64,000 nt of DNA from Mytilus trossulus. Taxonomy: Eukaryota. A program made the position numbers and the translations under genes. Shown here in pieces: positions 53,405 through 64,000 of the stretch. Location: assembly GCF_036588685.1 (NCBI RefSeq), contig NC_086375.1, forward strand, positions 5,022,001 to 5,086,000. The letters run 5' to 3'. Positions within the stretch are counted from its first letter, which is position 1. Each line of letters opens with the position of its first letter. Below the pieces are notes generated by a model that was given only the letters and a program-made list of their open reading frames with translations, had not been told where the DNA came from and made no database searches.

Positions 53405-54085
53405 ATGGCTGCTGAAACCAACGTTTCAGACCAGACCATTAATTTAGTTCTGCTTGGGAGAAAAGGATCTGGAAAAAGCAGAACTGGCAATACTATTCTC
53501 GGATCTAATGAGGCATTTAAATTTGGATATCAAATCGAAACTAACTCATGCGCAGTAGAAAGGGCATCTCGGTTTGACAGACACCTGCGTGTGATCGATA
53601 CCCCAGGAACAGATACTTTCTCACCAGAGGAAAGTGTAAAATTACGAAAACATATTTCGGAAAAGTCTAAGGGAAATATCATATATCTTTTATGCATTAA
53701 GATTGGACGTTTCACCGAAGAGGAAAACACATTAATTAATCAATACATCAGGTATGTAGGTCAAGATTTTGAAAAGGCGACCATTGTAATTTTTACTCAT
53801 TTAGACGAGTGGATATCAGATTGTCAGGATCAAGGAATATTGGAGCCAAAATTTGAAGACTTCATCACAACTCTCGATAAAAACTCTATTCAACTGCTTA
53901 ACAAATTCGATATGAGATATAAACCTTTGAACAATAGACAAAGTGGGAATGATGAACTTGTTAAACAAATAATATGCATGGCGGAACAAATAACTCGTCA
54001 GCCATCTTTTTCAAGAGCAGTTACTCAACGTCAATGTGAACCGGAAGTCGAAAGTCAATCAATTTTATGTTGTAATTTTATGTAA
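53405..54085 (+). CDS. GIMAP/AIG1 protein 3, 226 aa, C-terminal CCNFM
   Basis: LLGRKGSGKS, DTPG, IGRFT, FTHLD, LNN; acceptor TTTCAG ends 53398. Confidence 0.92.
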   Translation: MAAETNVSDQTINLVLLGRKGSGKSRTGNTILGSNEAFKFGYQIETNSCAVERASRFDRHLRVIDTPGTDTFSPEESVKLRKHISEKSKGNIIYLLCIKIGRFTEEENTLINQYIRYVGQDFEKATIVIFTHLDEWISDCQDQGILEPKFEDFITTLDKNSIQLLNKFDMRYKPLNNRQSGNDELVKQIICMAEQITRQPSFSRAVTQRQCEPEVESQSILCCNFM

Positions 54086-54117
54086 AGATTCTATAAAGAT
54101 AAAAGTGTATAATTGAA

Positions 54118-54560
54118 AAAAAAGTAAAATTATCAAAGTTTTGAACTTTGAGGAAAATTCAAAACGGAAAGTTCATAATCAAATGGCTAAATCAAAATCT
54201 CAAACACAGCAACCGAATGAATAACTGACATATTCCTGACTTGGTACAGATATTTTCATATGTAGAAAATGGTAAATAGAACCTGGTTTTATAGCTAGCT
54301 AAACTTCTCACTTGAATGACAGTCGCATAAATTCCATAATATTGACAACGATGTGTGAACAAACCAAACAGTCATAATAGTTCAAAAATGTAAAAAGTAG
54401 GGGTACAGCAGTCAACATTGTATTAATCTTAATCACTATAAAAATAAACAATATGTAAAAAAAAGAAACTCATAAAGGTTAAAAGCCAAAGAACATAAGC
54501 CAACATGAAAGACAAAAATACAAAAAAAGACCATATCATAATAATACAATTACAAAATGA
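54118..54560. mobile_element. Dispersed repeat family C immediately after GIMAP3 stop
   Basis: Colinear with 44797-45225. Confidence 0.7.
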
Positions 54561-56220
54561 ATAATAAAAATAAAGGGCTGAAAATGAAAGAAAACAATAC
54601 GAACAGCAGTATTAGCATTTGAATCTGAAGTACTATTCAAAAGATAGTATTGTAAACGAAATATTTGATTGCGATTCTTCATATGTGCCTGCAAAAATCA
54701 ACATAAGGTTCGCTTTTCTCGTTTTGTTTTAAAAAAGACTGAATTCCTTTTTTGTTTAATTTCAATGGCTGGTTTAACAAACATAGATCAAACCCTTTTC
54801 TCCTGTTAGAATGTTTGCTACATTTTGCACAGGCAGTTTAAGAGAGGAGTAGATTGCATAGTTGATAATTATTTAGATAACTTCATTTTGATTTGTGGTA
54901 AATCAACTGGTATTTAACTAGTTTTTTGATGAATACTTTCAGATGTCTTTGTCAAGAGCTCGGTGTATAAATTGCTTAAGCAAAATCATCAGGACTGTCT
55001 ACTCTAATTATTGATACAAGGCTAATTTTCTGAAGAAAAATTTAGGAACCACACATTCACTCAAGCTATAAACCTTTACTGCATACAAAAGTGTTGTTGA
55101 GAGAGCTTGAACCAGGTTTAATCCACCATTTTCTACATTTGAAAATGCCTGTACCAAGACAGGAATATGACAGCTGTTGTCCATTTGTTTGATGTGTCTT
55201 GTCATTTGATTTTGCCATATGATTAGGGTCTTTCCGATTGAATTTTCCTCGGAGTTCAGTATTTCTGTATTTTACTTTTTTTTTGGACAATGTGCAGTTT
55301 GGTTTTAGAGTTTGTGATACCGTCTCCTGCATACCAAGAGTGACAGGTTAAGTCAAAGTGATATTGGATAAGATCTATAGAAAGAGTTTTGTTGGTTTCA
55401 GTTGAAAAACAGCTTGATTAACGATACATACATTTTAACCAATAGTTTACCCTTTTGATCTATGTATAATCCAAAATAGTTAAGTTTTGCTTGTAATTTA
55501 CATCACATTGTACTTGGAAATGTTATTTTCTTCATTCACGTTTCGGACAATGGATAATGTATTTTGTTGTGGCCAGGTGCAAAAGATATCTTTGTCAACG
55601 AACAAAGACTTTAATAAATTTCTTTATTATCTCAAGATAATTTCTAGGTCCTTATGAGAAAAAAAATTAAACAATATATGCAAAACCCCCCCTGCTATAT
55701 ATGGAATGTTGCGTTTTGGGGACCCTCTTCTTGGCTCTTGTTGGAATATCTTTCGTGGTAAATGGGTTCGGGTTAGATGAAATAAAAATTGGACACAATC
55801 CACAATATTGAGGAATTTGGCATTGTGATAGTCGATACCTATAACTCATGCCTTGTGTTTTTGGGGAGATGAGATAAATAAACAATATCTCCTCAATATA
55901 GGCAACTGTAATCTTGTCAGCAATGTCAACAGAAGGAACGTACGAAACCGAATACATTTGAAATTTTCCTTTTCTCATAATTTATAACGCTCAGTTTCTA
56001 TTGTGCACTTCCACAGTTCCGAAAAATGAAATTGCATATCCCATTTATAAGTTTTAGATTGGGTGTTCTCCAATGCTTGGCACTATCAACAGATATTTCT
56101 CAGTATCACTGGCTTGTTTTAATGTAACGCAAATACAGAATTAAATCCTGATATCGATGAGTTTATCTACAGGTAAAATGTAGATAAACTCGTCGATATC
56201 AGGATTGTATTTTGTATTTG

Positions 56221-56262
56221 CGCCAGATGTGCGTTTCGCGTAAAAAAATCTCATCAGTGAGG
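56221..56262 (-). ncRNA. Degenerate hammerhead ribozyme motif
   Basis: tca-CTGATGA-gatttttttacgc-GAAA-cgcaca-TC-tggcg; stem II broken. Confidence 0.5.
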
Positions 56263-56581
56263 CTTAAATAAACAAAAAAATAAAAGGACCTGACACATTA
56301 CAGATACTAATAGACAACTTTCTTATTGTTATGAACTTATCAGACCCATTTATTGTGTGTTTTGTAGAGTATTCTCGCTCACTTGTTTCTAAATAATTCA
56401 TCTCATTCGACCATAAATTGCTTTATTTTTATAGTAATATACACAGTTATTAGGATATGTCTCTACCATCTGTGGTGATGAACTTTTAGAATGACTTAAG
56501 CGCTTAAGGCCAAAAGAAAATATTTGCGTTTACATTGCGATGTTGAAAAATGAAAACAGCACGTTACAAATTTCATGCGAT

Positions 56582-56616
56582 CGAGGCGTTTTCTGGATTA
56601 CCCTTCATCAGAACCG
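56582..56616 (-). ncRNA. Degenerate hammerhead-like motif of a second family
   Basis: tt-CTGATGA-agg-gtaat-cca-GAAA-acgcctcg. Confidence 0.4.
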
Positions 56617-56768
56617 TTCATAGCCGATTTTTTTTAAAGCCAAGGATGTTTGAAGCCAAAACTGTTGAAGAGCTTTAAACAAAATCTTATATATGATAAG
56701 ATGGAATTTTGGATCCTCAATGCTCTTCAACTTTGTATTTGTTTGGTTTATAACTATTTTGATATGAG

Positions 56769-56810
56769 CGTCACTGATGAGTCTTATGTAGACGAAACGC
56801 GCGTCTGGCT
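56769..56810 (+). ncRNA. Minimal type I hammerhead ribozyme within a retrozyme fragment (56703-56845)
   Basis: cgtca-CTGATGA-gtct tatgt agac-GAAA-cgcgcg-TC-tggc; palindromic stem III ACGCGCGT. Confidence 0.85.
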
Positions 56811-59079
56811 TACTAAATTATGATCCTGGTACCTTTGATAACTTTTTATTTAAAATAAAAAGCCAAATCGATCTAAGGTCAACTTTGTCTGAGGAAGTTG
56901 AAACGAGGAAATTAATCTTTGTTTCATTATCTTGCAGTTTTTAGTCTCTTTACGAAGGTTTCCTTCGGTTTTAGTTTTTAGACTGGATTTGTTTTCTCTC
57001 AATCTATTTTTGATTTTCGAACCGCGGTATACTTGTGTTGACTTTATGTAGGAACCAAGTTTTTGACTTGCATTTCCATAGCTTACTAAATCATAAGTTG
57101 ATGATAACAAACATTGCGTTTTTTTTCCTTTCGGAGCACCTAAGATCACCCCCTGTTTTTGATGGGGTTCGTGTTGCTTAGTCGTTATTTTTTTATGTTG
57201 TGTCTTCAGTACTTTTATTTTTCTGTATTATTTGACTGTCCCTCTGGTACGTGTATCTTTCGTCACTCTTTCTTTATGTAGTTCTCTTAGGGTTCATTTA
57301 TTCTTCAAAAACAGGCTTAATTGGATAATGCTCATATGTTTTAGAATCGTGAATTGAAACGGGGAATGTGTTCGAAGAGACAATAACTCGACAAAAGAGC
57401 AAAAACAGTTCATTCATAGTTAGATTCGTCAGTTTGTCCTGTTTAATTGTTTGATTCAGTTTTCGACTAATTCTTATCATTCAAACTTATTAAACTTGAA
57501 AACGAGTTCATGAACCCCTCTTTTTGAAAATGCGATTGTGTTCGATTACATAAGAAGATTTTGTTTGCCAATTTTCATGAAAACGACAATAGTGCAATTT
57601 TTTTTAAATTTAATAAATACACAGCAAAAATAATGTGTTTTCTACACATGAACATTTGGTGAGTATGAGTTAATTGAAAAACCAAAATGCACAAAAAAGG
57701 ACAAACAGAATTTACAAATGATTTAACAAAAAACAGCTTGTGTTTATCTTTTAGCAAAAAATCTATGAACTCTTTAGAAGAAGTAAAATAGATTTTGATA
57801 TTAAATTGCAACATCTGGTATTTGGATATAAAATCACAGATAGTAATTATTATTTTCTGAATTATATACTAACAGTATTAAGTTTTTCTATATATAAGTC
57901 ATACTACGTATCCGAGCAGAGGACAAAAACTGTTGATGTCTTTAGCATTTTTGAAAATGAATTTAATAAAAGAATAGATGCATATAAATCAAGATGTCCA
58001 ATATTATTGTCAATTAGAAAGAATTTTTAGCATTGATAAATCTTTGCATAAGACAACTATACAACTTTATATTATTTTTTATAACTTAATAAGTTGGATC
58101 AGCTGTTTATTTCCCTGGATAATTTGTGGAGTGTAACAGGGTAAATCAAGAGAAGCTTGGACTCTTGGTGAAACTTGTAACAAGCAAGATTAGATGAATA
58201 AATATTATTATGTTGTTAAAAAAAACAAAAAAAACACAAAAGTTATGTATTTCTGTCGAAAGAAAAAATACGCCCACAAATCCGAATTTTGAGCAAATAT
58301 ATAAAATTTCGACCTCGTTTTACTCAAAAAGTAGCTAGTGAAAGTATATTTTTTAATACATATTTGATTTAATCATGCAAAAAAAGCCTATATGCAAATT
58401 GTCAGAATAATTTCAATATGGGATCAAAACTGTATCGTATTCCCTTAAGTTAAGACTCCCAATTTTGGGGCCACACTTTTGTCATTTTGATGGTAGACTT
58501 TTGTTGGTGTTTAGCCTATTGAAATTCAGAAGCTAGTTCGTTGGAAAAAGCAAGAGTTCCAAAACACTATATGATGTGATCTCGTTTAAAATGGTGAGAC
58601 TTAGGTCATGGACGCTATGCCCTTATTTGATCAACAATTCTGTATTGCAGTTTTGTGGTTTGCTCTGGTAGTTATCATATCATATACCCCGATATTTCAA
58701 TTGGACTCAATAAATTTTTTATCTGATAGAGTTCACACCTGACGCCCCTTTGTTATGATATATTTTAGACATTACGCAATGGAATATTGTCTTTTTTAAT
58801 GATGATGGTGGTTTGTCTTTTCCTTTTTAGTTACTCTCATGAAATTCAATTGGATATGTTTTTTAACACTGTAGCTATCTGTTGTTAATGAAGATGTGTA
58901 CATATGTTGTACGAAAACAGTTTGTTAATTTACATTGGTTCAACACTGGGCAGCGAACAATCTTCCCATGTCATGACGGTTGACAAAGCCTCTTTGAATA
59001 TGGGAGCACCTGTGTATCCCACGAAAAATCTACTACTATTTATCTATATTGATAATCTACAAGATTACCATACTATATA

Positions 59080-60145
59080 AAGGCAATAGTAGTATGCCGC
59101 TGTTCAAAAGTCATAAATCGATTGAGAGAAAACAAATCTGTAGTATAAACTTACATCGAGGGAAACACATCAACTTTAAGAGGAAAACAACGAAACAACA
59201 GAAACACCGAAGTGCAACAAAAAACAAACTACTATGCAATATACATAGAAACGAACTATTAGATTACAACTGCCATATTTCTGACTTGGTATAGGACATT
59301 TTAAGAACAAAATGGTAGGTTGAACCAGGTTTTGTGGCTAGCAAAATCTCACACTTTATGGCAATGGTAAATATACCGCTAAGATGACAACATTACATGA
59401 CCAGAATACAGCACAAATAAATATAAGAACTCTCAGGACGAACAAAATAAATTAATAAATAATATGATAGTGCATTTTGACATGTTAACCAAAAAATAAA
59501 AACGTGTCACACGAATGTATTAACGCCTCAAAAGGTGACGTCACAGGTGTGATTAGGTTGGTACTTATGTTATTTGATACGTCTTATAGCAATGCGAATT
59601 CACACTCAGTTAAACAGTTATATTCTGGAAAAGTTTACGCTCGGTACTTTAAAGACCAGAAGACGTAAATGGTAAACCACAATCTAAGACGTGATAAAAA
59701 AATGTCTTTAGTTAGTTAAAACGCAGACACATCGTATGTAACACACTCATGTATATGAAGTCCGTATAGTGTGCACCTGCACGAGTATAACGTATCAATT
59801 GAGATATGTAAACACCATACGATAAGGCAGAGGGTATGTTACTGCTGAGAAATGGGAAATTGATAATTGGGACGATTTCAACGTTTGTTATAGATTTTAG
59901 TGTTAAGTGTTAACCGCACATCTATTCACATTCAGCAAAACCGTCATATTCGGGAAAAGGTCACGTTTGGTACTTCTCAATAACTTTGTTCGAGCAGGTT
60001 CTTCGTTGGAGCAACCCCGTATATGAAGTCCGTATAGTGTAAACATACACGAGTTTAACCTGGGAAATTGATAATTCGGTCGTTGAAATCGTTCCGTTTG
60101 TCATAGATTTTAGTGTTAAGCGGTAACCGCACATCTATGCACATA
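59080..60145 (-). mobile_element. Decayed 3' part of a second Penelope-like RT family, with internal rearrangement
   Basis: 59740-59910 minus translates LNTKIYNKR..PIINFPFLSSNIPSALSYGVYISQLIRYTRA; part repeated at 60015-60145; 3' boundary approximate. Confidence 0.65.
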
Positions 60146-61662
60146 TAAGATATATATATATATTGTGTGAATTACTGTATAATTTTTACGGAATCACTGA
60201 ATCTATAAATGCTTCTTGTATCTGCAATATAACAAGAGAACAACAGTAAAAGTTTTGAAATAGTGGATATGTTTTGTTATTAAGGCTTCATGTTAAATCA
60301 CAAAAATGCTTAAAAAATTTTGCTTAGAACTAAATGAAAATATCAATGTAGTTACTTCTTTCTTTGATCAGACACTTTTATCTAATTGTGCATACTTTCT
60401 TGTAGCCTTTTTTTGTTGATAATTATCTACTTTGGTAAACATACGAACGGTACTTTTCTCCTATCGATTAAATCGGTCCATTTCTTCGACAGAATAATTT
60501 GTGAAATAAAAGCATGCAATCAAATCGATTTATTGCTATTTCGCAAGTATACTAGTATTGAACGGTCTAATTATTTCTTAACTGTAATTTAATGAAGGAC
60601 AATAAAAGAGGGCCGAAAGATACCAGAGGGACAGTCAAACTCATAGATCGAAATAAACTGACAACACCATGGCTAAAAATTAAAAAGACAAACAGAGAAA
60701 ACTAAAGACTAAGCAACACAAACCCATACAAAAACTGGGATGATCTCAGGTGCTCCAGAATGATATTAAAAACAAAACATATCACTTTGTTAATCAAATT
60801 AATTTTTTTCCCTTATTTTTACATGCAATAATATTCTATATTTATTATATACATAAAATTGAATGTATGTTTCATAAGAATCCGTAATTTTTATTTGCGG
60901 ACAATAAACGGAACACACATATATGTCATATTTTATCTCCGTAAAAAGAAAATAACAAAAAATACCGAACTTCAAGGAAACGGAAGGTCCGTAATAAAAT
61001 GGCAAAATCAAAATTACCAAAAAATAAAGAAATCAGTTCTGATTCAAGGTTATCATAATGAAATTAATTTTATCCTTTATTAATGCTTGAATGTCTGTAT
61101 CGGTGTTTCAAAGGAGTTCTGCTCTAAACCTGAACGGCAAAGGACCGATTTCTTCGGAGTTCGGTATTTTTTTCTTTTACAAGGTTATAAAAAAGATGAT
61201 CGGGAACATATTTTAGTAGTTTTTAATTCTAAGCTTCCGTACCTCATGCAAAACGTTCTTCGTTCAACGCTCTATACACAAATAAAAATTAAAAATAGAA
61301 TCATTTACACAAAATATAAGATTCAACTCAAATAATTCAAACCCTCTCTATAAGCCAGCTCTCTTAATGTACTAGTAGTTCTTGTTAATAACATGCAAAT
61401 AAAAAAGTATTTGTATTGAACAACACTTGAATAAACGTAGTCTTTTCATGTACTGGCTGTGACAAAGTGTACCAAAGAATTGTTATTGTATTAGACCTAG
61501 TCAAACAATGTCTCTATGGTTAGTTTACACAAACACTGGGTTCTACTGTTGATTCAAGTGTTCAACTATACAATTTTTAAAACTGTTCAAAATTTTGAAA
61601 GATAGATTGTTTGATGTACCATATGATTTTTTAATGACATATGTAATTTTAGATGTATAAAT

Positions 61663-62115
61663 TATAAACTGCCTATAAAACAAGGTCGTCTTTTGGTTAT
61701 CAAACGTGATTGCATGCTTTCTTAAATTACTAAATTAAACAAAAACTTATCTTTATTATCAAACAACACAACTGTTAAACGTCCAACAAATTAGAAAATT
61801 AGATTTAATTGGGGAACATATTTTTCATTCCTATAAGATATTTACAAAGTTTAAAACATATATTGTTGAACTACTATATTATCTTTGCAGGACATATTGT
61901 AACTTAAGACATATAGATCATAAACTGCCAATAAAACAAAGTCGTCTTTGGGGTATTGAATGTGATTTATGGGTTTTTATAAGTACTTAATTAAACAACA
62001 CAATTTTTAAAGGTCATACAAATAAGACCCTAAGAATTAATTGAACCTATTTGATATTTCTATAAGATACGTATTTACAAATTTGAAAATAATATATTGT
62101 TAGCTTAAACATATT
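61663..62115. repeat. Old tandem duplication, ~255-bp period
   Basis: aactgcc(t/a)ataaaacaa(g/a)gtcgtcttt at 61667 and 61923, with further colinear blocks. Confidence 0.55.
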
Positions 62116-62611
62116 TAGTTATTGTGGATGGGGTAACAATTTATTGCAACTTATATTAACTAACCCTTTTATACTTTGCAGGTGCGAGTACTGCCTTTTA
62201 TCGGCATTAGCCTGCTCTTTTTTGAAATCTACAAATGTGTCATTTACGTGCAAGAGATATGGTTCTCTCTTAGCACGGGTCAGCCATTTATACTTTTCCA
62301 AAGGACTATCATCGTTTTTCAAGATTATAACCCACAATATATTGTTGATCTACCATATGATCTTCAAAAGACATTGTGGATGGCAATTAAGGAATTAGTT
62401 TTTCAATGTTCCATCTTTAATAGGTTTAACAAAAAACGTCGTTGTCGTCACTTTCGAAACAAACAAAGTTAAGTTTTTTGTTTATTTATCGCTACAATTA
62501 AGGGACATCATCATACATGTTGACTGTCCCTTTGGTATCTTTCGTCCCTCTTTTATTCAATGTAAAAATATTCACTACGCTTTTTAAAACAATCAAGATT
62601 TAAAACATTGT

Positions 62612-62830
62612 TTCTCGTTTCTCGTTTTGTTTATATAGATTAGACCGTTGGTTTTCCCGTTTGAATGGTTTTACACTAGTAATTTTGGGGCCCTTTATAG
62701 CTTGTTGATCGGTGTGAGCCAAGGCTCCGTGTTGAAGGCCGTTCTTTAACCTATAATGGTTAACTTTTTAAATTGTTATTTGGATGGAGAGTTGTCTCAT
62801 TGGCACTCAACCCACATCTTCCTATATCTA
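62612..62830. mobile_element. Dispersed repeat family B
   Basis: Inverted match to 52332-52496. Confidence 0.8.
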
Positions 62831-62968
62831 TGGTAAGATTTTTAAAACATCCTATTGATTATACCGAATAGGAAACCATACTGTAAACTACATGTATTTT
62901 TATTCTTTTTGTTGTGTTACATGTACATGTATCAAAATTTCGTGCTCTCTTCGTGTTAGTTCGATTCA

Positions 62969-63317
62969 GTGTATAAATAGTTATCAAAGGTACCATATCA
63001 TTATTATAATTAAGTACGCCAGACGTGCGTTTCGTCTTCATAAGACTCATCAGTGACGCTCAGTATAAAACAAAATGTTTTTTATAAAGCGAAACAAATA
63101 CAAAGTTGAAGAGCATCGAACACCCAAAATTCCCAAAAGTTGTGCCAAATACGGCAAATGTGATCTATTCCTTGGATAAGAAAATACTTAATTTTTTTCC
63201 CATAAAACTCAAAGTTTTGTAACATGAAATGTGTAAAAATGCTGACTACTGGGCTGGTGATACCCTCAGGGACAAAACGTCAACCAGCAGGGGCATTGAC
63301 CCAGCGGTGTAAACAGT
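62969..63317 (-). mobile_element. Non-LTR retrozyme-like monomer (~340 nt)
   Basis: Contains intact hammerhead; homologous to 56703-56845 and 24222-24370; short terminal redundancy gtgtataaatagt / gtgtaaacagt. Confidence 0.7.
63017..63058 (-). ncRNA. Minimal type I hammerhead ribozyme
   Basis: cgtca-CTGATGA-gtctt atg aagac-GAAA-cgcacg-TC-tggcg; predicted cleavage between 63022 and 63021. Confidence 0.85.
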
Positions 63318-64000
63318 ATATTGCTTAGACTTGAACTGTTATGACTTAATGTTTCTATAGTAAATTTAAGACATATGTTCATTTTCCCTTAAGAAAAGCA
63401 AGCAAGGCAGGCTGTATGTTTCTTCTTGAAACAATTGAAATAAAGATGTTCAATTTTTCTTTTACAAATATATATTTTGGGTGTACATCAACAACGGTTA
63501 AGATCGATTTACATTTAAAATTCATGTTTACACTTTTTCAATTGTTGAGAAGCTTTTGCAAGGTGTTATCCTGCTTCATAGTCAAAATATGCGGTTTTTT
63601 TTCAGGAGGCTGATAACTAACATTGGTTTCATTCTAAAAAAAATATCTTTTCATAACTGTTATCTAGTACGCGAGATTTGCAGTCTGTTTTATTTTTGAA
63701 GTTTGCACATGTTTACCTCGCATACATTTTATGACAAGAAAATAAAGCTGGAAAATTTGAAATATACGTCTTAAAAAGACAGCAGATATCTAGAACATAA
63801 AGAACAAAAAGATAGATGATGTTCCGCAAAAGTTTGATAAACAAAATTGAGTTACATGAGGCAAACCTCTGAAGCCCATGGGTTTCAAGCTGTTCCACCT
63901 TCTTCACATGTGCATCACTCGATCAGTTTTATTAGTGGAAACTGTATGTCTTTTTGTCAAATCTTCATTGTGTCTTTTTGTTCTGTCACACATTATTGTC

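Noticed and set aside
55667-55978. 103-aa ORF with CxxxxxCxxC pattern, possible mobile-element relic
   Set aside because: No recognisable motif in any frame and neighbouring frames are full of stops
59080-59690. SECIS in the 3' region of the second Penelope-like family
   Set aside because: No AUGA...AA...GA hairpin found by eye

Overview
AT-rich eukaryotic DNA, most likely a mytilid bivalve (inferred from the repeat families, Naiad-type RT, retrozyme-type hammerheads and GIMAP expansion). It has four credible protein-coding units, all on +: a PAR-bZIP factor with Giant hallmarks (12174-13274) and three tandem single-exon-CDS GIMAP/AIG1 GTPases (48414-54085). The rest is repeats: six unrelated tandem arrays (25, 29, 32, 32, 39 and 41 bp units; the 29-bp array is ~6.3 kb and produces the dozens of spurious ORFs), MITEs of several DNA-transposon types, Helentron-like HINEs, a tRNA-derived SINE, decayed Penelope-like (Naiad-type) RT copies and many short dispersed 3' tails. 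Most notable: (1) the Penelope-like family has a type II SECIS-like hairpin after its RT ORF plus an in-frame TGA at a normally Cys position, suggesting a selenoprotein-encoding retrotransposon; (2) five minimal type I hammerhead ribozyme motifs, one in a ~340-nt retrozyme-like monomer; (3) the three GIMAPs look like alternative terminal-exon cassettes with different C-terminal anchors, one ending in CaaX; (4) the giant-like gene has two start-stop uORFs, clustered PAR/C-EBP-like sites and a perfect ERE downstream. All analysis was by eye; no searches were run.
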